From NCBI GenBank assembly GCA_951406725.2, contig OX597816.1, forward strand, positions 103,726,001 through 103,790,000: DNA of 64,000 nucleotides, in the 5' to 3' direction. The notes under the pieces were generated by a model, which was given only the letters and a program-made list of their open reading frames with translations, was not told the origin of the DNA and did no database searches. Each line of letters starts with the position of its first letter. The stretch's first letter is position 1. The translations under genes were made by a program, and so were the position numbers. This DNA comes from Octopus vulgaris (lineage: Eukaryota). Positions 1 to 12,299 of this stretch are shown here, in pieces.

Positions 1-767
1 TTCATCAATGTTTTCATTTTCAAATATGATATTAACTTTGTACGGGTATGAAATTTAATCAAACATATTGTTACAGAAAATATTTGGAAGCACTGTGTTA
101 TGCATGTAGTTGGCGTTTACATGTCTGAGGTATTTTGGAAGTGCCTGTGCTCTTTACAGGTTGACAATCGACAAGTTCTAGTCTTATTTCATTGTTGAAT
201 ATCTTATCAGTAGAAATGTTATCAAATAGAAAAAATCAATTGCTGCTCCTATAAACAAAAACATTCCACCTATGCAAACCTGATAAGAGAGCATCTACTT
301 AAAAGCAAAAGATCATTAAATAAGAAATGTTTGATCTTTGTCAAGATGTTAGTTATTCAAAGTTTAACTGGTTTTAAAACTACACAAATTACACAAACCT
401 GTTTAGAAAAAAAAAAGAATAAAATAAAATAAAGCAAAGCAAAATGTGAACTGTAAATTAATACGTTTTTAATTAAGCTGTTGTTGATTTAAAATTAAAT
501 AAAATGCCAATGTTCATGCAATAAAAAGTAAAACTGTTGATTTTAAACTGAAGACTATAAATCTTTAAATTTATCTTATCAATTAAAATATCTGTTTAAT
601 GTAGAACTAATTGGAAATGTATTTTATTCTTATATCCCTAGAGGTAGAAATTAAACCTAGATCTAAATCGAATAAAAAAAAATACGAAAATGTAATTTTC
701 TTCCTTCAAAAATTGTATACAAATATTCTATTATCTATTATGGAAATCATTATTTTGACTTTTGCAG

Positions 768-864
768 ATGGAAAATATCTTGGACCGTATGCAAGATGAA
801 AATACTGGAGTACCTGTGAAAACAGTAAAAAGTTTCATGTCAAAAGTCCCCAGTGTTTTTACAG
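768..864 (+). CDS. RGS7: Internal coding exon of an R7-family regulator of G-protein signalling (RGS6/RGS7/EGL-10-like), N-terminal part of the DEP domain
   Basis: Flanked by ttttgacttttgcAG and GTatgt. The 97 nt translate to [32 protein letters not shown](G), closely matching the RGS7/RGS6 segment [33 protein letters not shown]. RGS6 versus RGS7 cannot be resolved in an invertebrate. Confidence 0.9.
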
Positions 865-1072
865 GTATGTTGCACAATATTTTTTTTGTGTATGAAACAA
901 CTCACATTTATTGTGGCTGAAGGGTAAAATACAGAAGTAGTGAATCAATGATGGAAATATAATAAAAAAACTACTGATGTGAAACTAGCCTACATACTCA
1001 ATTCTCTATGCTGCTATATTATGATATACATACATTATTTACATATATATGTTTATGTATATGCTTATAGGT

Positions 1073-1105
<33 letters not shown>

Positions 1106-1350
1106 AATGTATGTATGCTTATATATATGCTTATATATATGTGTTTATATATATATATATATGTATATGTATATATATGTATATAATGTTGAAGCTGCAG
1201 ATTGAAGATTGCACTTTTCAGTTATTTCAAATATTTTTCATCCTCCTCTCCAGGTGCTCTCTCTCTATAGTCAGCAAGGCTGACAGATGCCATTCATCTA
1301 TTCAAAACTTACCTACATTCATACATACTCTCAATATTACCTCATCTGGT

Positions 1351-1765
1351 GGCAAGCTGGCAGAATCGTTAGCATACCGAGTGAAATGCTTAGTGGTATT
1401 TCGTCTGCCATTACGTTCTGAGCTCAAATTCTGCCGAGATCGACTTTACCTTTTATCTTTTCGGAGTCAATTAAATGAGTACCAGTTACATATGTTTATT
1501 CCTACCCTGCCTGAGGTTACCATGGTCTTTTCTGTAGGCTTTTCTTTCCATAAACCTAATTTTACTTTTTACATTTTTAAAACTCTTCTGTGATACACGA
1601 TCCCTATTGATCATTTTCTTCTTTTTTTTTTTTGTTTCTGATCCCTTTTGATAGGAATTTTACTTTCTTTCTTATTTTTCCCCTTTTTTTCATTTTCGAA
1701 AAGAAAGCTCTACATTTTGTATTTGTCCCCTCTGTGTTCAGCCCTGTGTTACCAGTAAAGAAAGT
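1351..1765 (+). mobile_element. tRNA-derived SINE, family C, joined to a long LINE-3'UTR-like tail
   Basis: Head GGCAAGCTGGCAGAATCGTTAGCA...CGTTCTGAGCTCAAATTCTGCC is shared with 42684-42909. Ends in TTTGTCCCCTCTGTGTTCAGCCC...GTAAAGAAA, resembling that copy's tail. Confidence 0.7.
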
Positions 1766-1989
1766 TATCTATCTGTCTGTCTGTTTGTCTATCTAGATTG
1801 ATCACTAGCTACTAAACCTTTTTTATTTTCTCTCTCTGCTTATATCTGTGTTCCTTTCTGTTGAAGAGCGTGGGCTTGAAGCATAAAAGACTTTCTCATT
1901 TCCTGAGCATTAAACTAATGCATCTGTTTGTTGTTTACACACCTGTCTTCATTTTTTTTTTTTTTTTTGTAAATTCCAACTGTATATGT

Positions 1990-2239
1990 ATATGTGTGTG
2001 TGTGTGTGTCTGTCCTCTCCTGCCATCACTTGACAACCAATGCTGGTGTGTCTATGTTCCTGTAACTTAGTGGTTTAGGAAAAGAGACTGATAGAATAAG
2101 TACTAGACTCACAATGAATAAGTCCTGGTGTCAATAAGTCCTAGATTCAAAGAATAAATCCTGGATCCAATTTCTTCAATTATAACCCTTTAAGGTAGTG
2201 CTCCAGCATGGACGCAGTGAAATGACTGGAACAAGTAAA

Positions 2240-2242
<3 letters not shown>
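1990..2242 (+). mobile_element. SINE family A, 3' half
   Basis: CATCACTTGACAACCAATGCTGGTGTG...GCTCCAGCATGG...AAATGACTGGAACAAGTAAAAG matches the 3' half of 32113-32525. Confidence 0.85.
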
Positions 2243-2275
<33 letters not shown>

Positions 2276-2690
2276 CAGTGTTTAGGGATAAACAAACTTT
2301 AGGTTAGTTACAATATGTTGGTGAAATATTTTAACTTTTACAGGCAAATTCACTGCAGTTAGTGTGGGGAAAAATTTTTGTCTTTTAGTAAAAGGTGTAA
2401 AAATCCAGTGCAGCCCCCCTTTCAAATTTCCAGATACTGTGTTTCTAGCTTTTTAGCCATTATCAATGAGAATTACCAAAGTGGGGGAACTCTGGAAAGA
2501 TTTAAAGCTGTAGTTTTATATATATGTGTGTGTTAATGTTATTCTAGCTGGTGACAAATTCAAAAGGAATGATGCCAGGTCATTTAAAATAAAGTACTCA
2601 AAAGTCTGAGAGTGAATAAAAAATATTTAATCTCTAATCATTATCCCAACAAAATACATTTTGTTTTGCTTATGGTTCATCACCATAGAT

Positions 2691-3310
2691 CAGGGATACA
2701 CAACCTTTAACATCCAAGGGCCAAACCATGAATTAAATCACTTAAAGTGAGCCACAAAGTATATCACATATTTGACCCCACCTGCCATTGGAAGGGGTCA
2801 AATAATGCTGTAGAAAATATTAAAATATTTCAGTCCTGATATATACATAAACGTGTACCAAAATATGCATGTAGAAAATCAGTGTTACATAAGGAATAAT
2901 AAATTTATACATCTATTCTGAAATATAATAACATACCTTGCATATGAAAAGACACGGTGATGCAACGCAGGCACAACCTTCTTGTATGCCATGCAACGAG
3001 TTACTGGAAACTAAATTATTAGCAACAAGCATCCTAAACTTGCTTAAAACACGTTCTAACAAGTTCATACCTTGTACTCCGCAAAATGGATATGACAATC
3101 TACTCTATAAAGACATGAAAGATATAAAAGGAAATATAATAATAAAAGTTCATAAATAAATACTATTACATGTGTTTTCAGTGTGCGATTGTGGGACAAG
3201 CAGTTTGCCATGTTAATTTTCAGTTATTTCTCTAAATAAGAAAGTCTTTGCAAAATGGTTTTGCAGGCTGTGAAAAAATGCTTTTGTGGGCTGCAGGTTG
3301 TGCATTGCTG
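2691..3310. mobile_element. Non-autonomous hAT (Charlie-like) element
   Basis: Terminal inverted repeats CAGGGATACACAACCT / AGGTTGTGCATTGCTG, with an 8-bp target-site duplication CCATAGAT (2683-2690) / CCATAAAT (3311-3318). Confidence 0.7.
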
Positions 3311-3940
3311 CCATAAATGATACAATATATATATTTTGTTGGACTAACAACTATGGATTAACTATGTCTTTCTCTGCCACTTACTATTTCCCTCCTACTC
3401 ACTCAATCATCCATTCTGTCCTTCATACATACTCCTCTTTTGTACCCTGCTGTTACTGCTGCTATGTGTGACTAATTTAAATCCCTTTCCTTCATTCTAT
3501 CATTTGTGAATACTGCTGAGGTTAGACTTTATTCATTGTAGTTATTTTCCTCTTGTTTACAATGAGACAAAAGTCATTTTCTTTGTGATTGTAACTGGGA
3601 TGTTTGTTGCCTTTTCCATGCCTTGTCAAAGCATTACAATACATATGTGTATGTATATTTCGATAGAACTGTATTATGTTTTCCTGTCCATAGTGCGCCA
3701 TCTCTTTGTTTGTTGTTGTCCCCTTCATTTTATTATCTTTTCTATATAATATCTACCAACTGAGTGATATAAACTATCAATAGAGCAACACGAGGAGTAG
3801 TGCCAGAGAATTTAATGTCTTTAGATTTTGAAAGTGCTGAGACTAAAATAATTCTGGTCTCCAGGGCTGATGATAGGGTGTTTCATGTTTAATTTGTTCT
3901 TTTTCCATTAATCATTTCTATATTCCACTTTGATTTTTAC

Positions 3941-4032
3941 TATATATATGTGTGTATGTGTATATGTGTATGCATGAATATTTATATATATATCTATATA
4001 TGTATGTATGTATGAATGTATATATATATATG

Positions 4033-4063
<31 letters not shown>

Positions 4064-4158
4064 GTAGGTATATATATGTATGTATGTATGTATATATATA
4101 TATGTATGTATATATGTATGTATATATATATATATATGTATGTATATATGTATGTATA

Positions 4159-4239
<81 letters not shown>

Positions 4240-4451
4240 GTATGTATATTTTATTTTATTATATAGAAGGAGCTTCTACAGGACTAGTACTATCATTCAA
4301 GAGAAATCTTAGGCTTCCTGAAGATTTCTCTTGAATGAAATGTACTATGTAAACTCCTCTATATAATAAATTAATTTTACTCTGCTATGTATTGAGTACC
4401 TTACTTACTGTGGTTAACCCCGAATCAACCCGGGACCTACATATATGTATG

Positions 4452-4508
<57 letters not shown>

Positions 4509-4544
4509 ATATATATATGTATATATATATATATGTATTATGTG

Positions 4545-4583
<39 letters not shown>

Positions 4584-4620
4584 TATGTGTATGTATATAT
4601 GTATGTATGTATGTATATAT
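3941..4620. repeat. (TA)n/(TATG)n microsatellite tract interrupted by a fold-back insert
   Basis: Directly visible. It is the source of the YI/YM-repeat ORFs. Confidence 0.95.
4250..4440. mobile_element. Fold-back Penelope-pLTR-like insert with a decayed hammerhead motif
   Basis: Inverted arms at ~4254-4310 and 4321-4372. Combining the two arms gives GCTTC-CTGAAGA-TTTCTCTTGAAT-GAAA...CTG-TA-GAAGC. Confidence 0.55.
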
Positions 4621-4627
4621 TTTCATA

Positions 4628-7195
4628 ATAATAAGGGAATACCAATTCCGGCGTCACAGGGATGAGATATTCAAGTTAAGGATATTAAGTTGAATTATTC
4701 TCAATAAATAAATACATATATATCAAAGTATCATTAGAGACAGAAGTCCCCATAAAATTCATCAAATCAGAATATCAATTCAACCATGTCATAGAATATT
4801 ATATTTAATACTATTTATGTTCAAAGTTATCGACTACATGTGTATCATGATGTTGTATACTATGTTCATGAGACACGCAGTCTCTTACAGAACCTCCCCT
4901 TATATACAACCCCAATCTTCAGGTCCACCTATCCCCCCATTTATAATTGTATCTATCATTATATATTTCAACTTAAAGCTATATCAAACTATACAGATGT
5001 ATAAATATATTCCTAGTATGTCAACACATATAGATGTGTAAATAAATTCATTGAACCCTGCAGTTTAAGCCTTAATTAATTAAGAATTAAATGTGAATTA
5101 TGCCTAAAAAAAATATATAAATAAAAAGATATATATACGAATGAGAAAATATATATGAATGCAGAAAGAAATATATACTAATGAGAAGAAAATATAAAAT
5201 TATAAGAATAAAAATTAAAAAGATATATATATATATCCAAATGAAGAGGACGATTAAGAAACGAATGGAAACTAATATGGATGACAAAAATGTTAACTTT
5301 CAAGATGTAAATTTAAATATTAACTCTTCATTGTAGTAGTTAGCACGTTTTTGAAAGATCTCATAATTCAATGAGAGAATTGAAATTCTTAAGTTAAGGT
5401 AAGTTAAGTTAAGTTAAGTTTAGTTAATTTTTGGGCTCAAAAAGTAAAAAGCAAGGCTATGTAGGGGGACATGGAGTTATGTACAGGGTGGTGTTCATGC
5501 AAAGAGCTCAGGCCATTTGTGGTCAAGGGAGACTTTGAATCGAGCAGTCGTCGGCATCTTCACTATCTCGTCCGGCAGCTTATTCCACGTATCCGCAACC
5601 CGGACAGAGAAAGCCTCTCTCCTTCGATTGATGTTATCTATCAGTGTTTCCTTTATAGAGGGGATGGTTACTATATGCATTTATATTTAAAATTTTCATT
5701 CAATTTATAGAAAGGTTGTATCATCCCAGTTGCAATATTCAAATTTGCATCTAGAAAGTTAACATTATAATGTTCCTTATAAATTGTAGTTTCTAAACCA
5801 TATATTTAAAAAAAAACAGTATAATTTCTTTTTATAATTTTCCAGAGTCCATCTCGTACAGTTTTTTGTTATCAAAAGCAAATCGTCTCTATATAACTCC
5901 CCATCTATTTTTAGATTTTCTAGTTTTAATTCCAAAAGTAAATATATCCCTACAAGGTCAGTTACATGTGCTGAGTCTGGCACCCCCTATAGGTACATCA
6001 AAGTTCTCCCTAGTATCTTTTCTTGCCCATATTTTATTATTGTATTTTATGAGTGATTTCCTTGCAATTTGGACTACCTTAATTTCCTCCATAGTCATTC
6101 CCATTTTGTTTTTAACATACATTAAAACCTTATTCAGCACTATCTCATTTATCGATGTATAATAATTGTCAGTATCTATTTGTATAAACTTATATTCCTT
6201 ACTGTTTTTTATATTTTTAAACCATTCTAATATTTCCATTGTACTGCCCCATAATTTTAGGTGATCTAAGTTATTTAATTTCTTTATATATTTTCCTAAT
6301 ATCATTTTACTTAATTTCCCTAAGTCCGACTTACATGGGCATATTAATCGGACTTTAGGGTCTGTGTAGAAATTATCCTTGGGTGCAACGGCATATAAGG
6401 TTCTGTTTTTTTATCTAATTCATAATTAGTCATTATTTCTTTATATCTTTTATTTATTTCCCTAAAGTATTATTTTGAACTATTTTATATTTTTTATTGA
6501 ATTCTTTCTCTAGTAAGCTATCATATGTGTTTATGTCTAATCTATATAAATTTCTAGTTTTATCAGGTTGTACGAAAACTCCTTCTGTATTTCTAAGTTC
6601 TTTCATTTTAATGGCTAAGTTTTTAAGATATTTATTATGCCTATTCTGGTATTTATAAAATTTTATATTTTTTACTATTTCCCAAATTTTATCTTCCAAA
6701 TTTTGCAATTCTTTATTATACGGTGGTTCTTTTCTAGATTTAAATTTATTACTAATCAGTTTATTACTCTCTGTATTATTAGTGTCTAAAGTGTTATAAT
6801 TATTATAGTAATGTGCTTTCCATTTAAGTCTATTTATAAAATTCTTTATATTATTAATTAATTTAATCTTAAATTCTTTTTTTTGGTGGAATCTGAATGT
6901 CTTTCAATGATGAATTCCACTCAAGGGGTACTATCTTTCCTGTGTATGCCATACTTAATTGTTAGTTCAAACCTAGCCAATTAAAATTAGGTTATTATAT
7001 AATTATATTATATCTTTATAATAATAAGGGAATATCAATTCCGGCGTCACGGGGATGAGATATTCAAGTTAAGAATATTAAGTTGAATTATTCTCAATCA
7101 ATAAATACATATATGTCAAAGTATCATTAGAGACAGAAATCCACATAAAATTCATCAAATCAGAATATCAATTCAACCATATCATAGAATATTAT
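4628..7195 (-). mobile_element. Penelope-like retroelement, degenerate, with partial-tandem pseudo-LTRs
   Basis: A ~175-bp direct repeat occurs at 4628-4803 and 7021-7195. The ORF starts at 6952 (MAYTGK...SLKDIQIP...FINRLKWKAHY), followed by RT fragments PDKTRNLY, RLICPCKSDLGKLSK, FDVPIG, LYRDDLL and ...IDNINRR. Confidence 0.85.
5388..5625 (-). mobile_element. 3' end of a CR1/L2-group LINE nested in the Penelope element
   Basis: FSVRVADTWNKLPDEIVKMPTTARFKVSLD is the typical CR1/L2 C-terminus. It is followed by a short 3' UTR and a (CTTAA)n tail. Confidence 0.75.
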
Positions 7196-8168
7196 GGGTG
7201 TGTTCATTGACCTGTTTCTCAACAACACTCCACACGTAATAGTCCAATGGATTGAAATCTGGGGAATTAGGAAGCCAAATTTTAGGGGTTATGTGATCAT
7301 GAAAATTTTCAGCCATCCATTCCTGTCTTACTAGTGCTATGTGTGATAGTGCAGAGTCTTACTGAAGCACATATGGCCTTCCATTGCATACACTGTCTAT
7401 CTAGGAATTAACAGTTATTTCCAGGACCTCAATGTAGGCCTTGTGGAAAGAAGTAAGGAGGCATCACATGTCCTTAATTGCTGACAACCCCTAAAACCAT
7501 GACAGTTGCAGGAAATTTTGTAAGTATAATACTTGGAACTTCAGAAGAGTCTGCACATAACCATCTGCCATTTCTTCTGTTTACTTTTTGATTTTGTTTG
7601 AAGTTTTTCTCATTTGAGAAAAACCAAATCAAATCTTCTGGATTTTTCAGTTTGTTTAAGAGCCTTTTAGATCTGGTGTAGTGATTTTCTTTTGCTTTTT
7701 CTGACAAATTGACCTTTCCTCATCATATAAGACTTATATCTGATGTGTTCGGGGACAACATTTTGACTGTTCTATCTGACACATAGAGATCTTTTGCAGT
7801 TGACCTCATGAACTCTCTGGGATTGTAATCAATTGCCTGTTGAACTTGCTGGATAAGTTCAAGTGTTATGATGATTTCAGAGCATTTAGAATGCTTTTTA
7901 TACTTTGATACTGGTGATACATTTCCATCTTCAGTCCCTAGCTCCTTACAAACTTTGTTGATGAAAGATCTGGCAACTTTTAAAACTCGAGATATTTCTA
8001 AATCGCTATGCTTAGCCTTTATAACAATAACAGCAGACTTCTACATTTCTTGAGTAAGCTGGGGGGTCTGCCATTATTATTTTCTGAAACAAAGATTATA
8101 CAGATTAGCAAAAATTGCAGCAATGACCCCGAAAAAGTATGTCCTCAAATAATTTACAGACCTTGTAT
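7196..8168 (-). mobile_element. Tc1/mariner-superfamily (DD37D/maT-like) transposase remnant
   Basis: Fragments FSNEKNF...KVNRRNGRW...TKFPATVMVLGVVS and WLPNSPDFNPLDYYVW. A TIR-like TACAAGGTCTGTAAATT lies near 8165. Confidence 0.75.
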
Positions 8169-8517
8169 ATCAATGCATTTTGATTTTGCTGCATTATTTT
8201 TCCATGCTTGCAAAGGCTGTTAAATGTTGTAGCTTCGCCCCAAGTCAGTTTGATCAAGTGGATTTATGATCAAATGATCATCTGTGATTATCTTTTTTTT
8301 TTTCTTGTGTGCAGGGTAACTCAGTGCTATATTATCAAATGTGTCTTCAGGTAACATTGTAGTGTATCGTTTGAGAGATATTTGGGTGCTATTTCTTGCA
8401 GGTGACCCACAGGGGACTTCTCATTTCTCAGCATGCAAAGGTGGGATGATATTAGTCTGTTGGTTTGTTTGTTGGATCAGATGTATTTCAATTCTGGATA
8501 CCCTTTCTACATTGAAT

Positions 8518-8548
<31 letters not shown>

Positions 8549-8600
8549 AAATATAAATTAGAGATAAAACCATTATTATGCAATTCAAACAATTACTCCC

Positions 8601-8651
<51 letters not shown>

Positions 8652-8663
8652 CATATATATATA

Positions 8664-8905
8664 CTTTATTAAAAAGCAGCAAAAATATCACAAAAACTGT
8701 CGCTCAGAGTTTCATGTTCCCATTCGTTGGACAGTTTTCTTTACAATTCTAAAGTAAGCTGTCCAAGGAACGGGAATGTGAAATTGTGAGTAACAGTTTT
8801 TGTGATATTTTTGCTGCTTTTTAATAGAGCATATTCTTCTACCTCTGGTATTTGAGTAATATTATTTTCCACCTTCTTTCACATTTATGTGTTTACTCTG
8901 GAATA
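8664..8905. mobile_element. Fold-back Penelope-pLTR-like insert in (TA)n with a hammerhead-like motif
   Basis: Inverted arms at 8664-8734 and 8759-8829. Arm consensus is CTGT-CC(A)ACGA-ACG GGAA CGT-GAAA-CTC T GAG-TA-ACAG. Confidence 0.65.
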
Positions 8906-9269
8906 TATATATAAAATATAGAAGTTAGAATAATGTTCATTACATATAATTCCTTTATTATAGCAAATTTGGCTTTCAGCTGTTTCCAGTAGTCATTACA
9001 GATAGGTTTACTCAATTGGTCTATTGATCAATTGAAGTAAATTAAAAGACCTAAGAAAATTAATAGCACCTTTGTCAGAGCCATTGCTGGAACTAACAAA
9101 CAGAATATTTGGAATGGCTATTGTATGGGATTTTTAAGTAGAAAAGGTAAAGGCAGGTTACAATATAATGATAACAAAAATCATAATATATGTAAACTGA
9201 ATAATGAAGGTAGCACAAAAAGATAAACAGGGAAAAGAAACTTACAGAAACTTTATTGTTTAATGCTTC

Positions 9270-10140
9270 ATTTGTGTCCAAATAGATACAAATATCCCTA
9301 GGAAATTTTTTGCTGCCTTAGATAAGTACTTCCCCACCTTGAACAGGTATGGGAAATTATTTAACAGACACTCTGTAAGATTTGCCTACTCCACTACTAG
9401 AAACCTTGCACAAATCATAGCATTTCACAACACCCATAGATTAAGGGAATTAGAAAACTCAAAATTGACAGAACTAGACAGGAATAGAATAGGTGATAAT
9501 AAAAACAGCAAGGCCAGGATTAAGACTAATAGGAAGGACAAGATCAATAAAAATGGCACTGGAAAAAAAATGGTACTGGAAATAAGAACAGTAGCAGTGA
9601 GGTAATGGTAATGACAATAGTAGTAATAATATGAATAATGACAGTAATGATATAGGTAATAATGGCAATTGTGTGAATCACTCTAAAAATAGCAATAATA
9701 GGAAGGAAAGTGCCAGTTGTAACTGTAAGGAATGTGTGTTAAATAAATCTTGCTTAGAAAGGAACATAGTATATCAATATGCAATAATTACTCACAACAC
9801 AACTTATGAATAGATAGGATGTTGCACCACTATGTTTAAGCTACGATATTATAACCACATCTTGTCATTTAGGCATAAGAATAAAGAAAATGTGACATCA
9901 GTTAGCAAGTTGATATGGCAACTTAGGAAAGAAAATGTAGAATATGAACTGAAATGGTCAATCCTCAGTAGAGCTAAACCTTATGAAATAGTTAGGATGA
10001 GATGTAAACTTTGCTTAGAGTAATTATTCCAAATCTTCAACGCAGTAGGTAACCTCATTAACCATAGGCAGGAATTAAGGATAAGCTGTAAACTTTTTTT
10101 TAATAAATCATATAGCAGGTTCCCTAATTAACTGTAATAA
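9270..10140 (+). mobile_element. Penelope-like element, C-terminal fragment (linker, Cys-rich knuckle and GIY-YIG endonuclease)
   Basis: KLFNRHSVRFAYSTTRNLAQII..HN, CNCKECVLNKSCLERNIVYQ, FKLRYYNH..SF and LKWSIL..AKPY....CKLCLE. Confidence 0.85.
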
Positions 10141-10746
10141 TATAGTGAGAGATACAAGTCAAGATAGGTATAGTGACAAGGTGATGAATGGGAATTTCCT
10201 AATTTTCCTGTATATGTTTATAGGTCTTCTGCTTATTTTATTTAGCTTCATTTCGTTATGCTTAAAAGACTTAAGATTACTCTACGTAGGTTATATTTAT
10301 ATTTATATGTATGTTGGTGTACCTATCTACATGCATGTGCTGTGTATGCCTCTGTGTATGTGTGTGTGTAAATGTCTGCATATATATGTGTATGTGTGCG
10401 TGTACGTATGTGTGTGTATGTGTATCTATATATGCGTGTATGTGTGTGTATATGTCTATATGTATATATATATGTGTGTATATACATATTCATACATATG
10501 TATGGTTGTGTATGTATGAATAAATGTATATATTTTATCTTGACCTATATTTTGTCCTATTTTATTCCTTTAAGGTTTTATATTTTAACTTGAGTTTTCT
10601 ACTTTTAACCAGTATTGAGATTATTACCCTCTTATTGTTGTTTATTACCCCTTGGTTATTGGTATTGTTACTTCTGTTATTATTTGGGAAGATTATTTTA
10701 TTGTGATTTTGATATTATTGGTTTTAATATCATCATAATTGTTTTG

Positions 10747-10942
10747 CAGTTCTATATTTAAGAGATGAGGAATTATGTACATTATTTACATTTGACGGAT
10801 ATTTATCCTCATCTTGTTTGTTGTTAACACAGCATTTTGGCTGATGTACCCTCCAGCCTTCTTCAGGTGTCATGGGGAAATTTCGAACCTGTGTTCTCAT
10901 TTTTCGATGTTGTTGTTGTTGTTATTATTATTATCATTATTA

Positions 10943-10974
<32 letters not shown>

Positions 10975-11880
10975 GTTGTTGTTGTTAGTGTTCAGGTCAC
11001 TGCTTGGCATCGAACTCAGAATCTTGGGGTTAGTAACTTGCGCTCTTAACCACTACACTATATGCCCGTGGGCAATTATGGAGTGAATTTTAGGGCTTAT
11101 AAATCTAATATTTTTCTATCCTTCCTTAATACCCTATGTGAAAGGCCTCTCCAAAAAGATACAAAAGATGTGCAGCCCATATGACATCAGGATAGCATTC
11201 AAGAGCAATACAACACTTTGCAAATATCTCCTTCGAGTAAAACCTCTAATAGAAGAGAATATGACCAAAGACTGCGTGTACTCCATCCCATGCAGCTGTG
11301 GTAGGTTATACAAAGGCAAAACATGCTGCCCCTCAAAATAAGGGTAGACAAACATCACAAAGCTGTGACACAAGGAGATATTGATAAATCGAGTATAGCT
11401 GATCATGTATGGAAAAATGGAGACCATCTCCCCCTGTGGGATGAAGTTAAAATAATAGACAGGGAACACCACTGGAAAATACGAAAACTAAAAGAAGCAG
11501 CACATATACTAGGACACAAGAACCTCCTAAGAGGACCGAGTGCTGATATGAATAGCATATGGGAATCGGTATTAAGTAAGGATAGAAAAATATTAGATTT
11601 ATAAGCCCTAAAATTCACTCTATAATTACCCATCGGCATATGGTGTAGTGGTTAAGAGCGCAGGCTACTAACCCCAAGATTCCGAGTTTGATTCCAAGCA
11701 GTGACCTGAACACTAATAATAATAATAATAATGAAATCAAAAAATATCTTAGGGATAAGATCCCAGGTTCGAAATTTCCCCAAGACACCTGAAGAAGGCT
11801 GCAGGGTATATCAGCCGAAATGTGTTAACAACAAACAAGATGACAAATATCTGTCAAATGTAAATAATGTAAATAATGTA
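10747..11880 (+). mobile_element. 5'-truncated Penelope-like element with GIY-YIG domain and inverted pseudo-LTR
   Basis: PYVKGLSKKI...CVYSIPCSCGRLYKG..RVDKH...SSIADH...RKLKEA. The segment 10747-11132 is an inverted copy of 11568-11880. A 12-bp TSD ATAATTGTTTTG lies at 10735-10746 and 11880-11891. Confidence 0.9.
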
Positions 11881-12299
11881 TAATTGTTTTGGTATAACAA
11901 ATTACTCTGCAAGTTTACTCTAATTCTCTAAAATTATTCCCCCACTCTGCTAGATTAAAAACTGAAAATTACTGTATGAAATCTTTGAGCGAGATGTAAA
12001 CAGTAGCAATACATAATTGTCAACCAAGTGTGGCATCATATATGTGTGTGGGGAGGGGGAACAGTACTACTGACGTTTATAGCCCTGTCATCCTGGGCTA
12101 TACATGTCAGTAGCACTATGTCTCCACTATCCGTATGGGACATCACACTTGGTTGGCAATTATATGAAAATTACTCTTTGACTCACCCCATGTCCAGAAA
12201 AACCCATATCAAATTTTAATACATTGGCTAGAGAATAGCTGACCTACATACAATGTAAATATGGTAGTACTGCTGACCTATATTTGTGACTGTCCCTCC

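Noticed and set aside
611-799. 62-aa ORF overlapping the exon
   Set aside because: Wrong frame. The RGS-like peptide is in the frame starting at 768 and is bounded by splice sites.
5340-5390. Hammerhead remnant in the 4628-7195 Penelope 3' region
   Set aside because: Only ATGA-GATCTTTC-AAAAACGT is visible on the minus strand. The core and stem I are not convincing.
11635-11706. Functional tRNA genes at this and other A/B-box sites (32113, 42909, 47151)
   Set aside because: No complete cloverleaf, poor acceptor stems, and all are heads of dispersed repeats.
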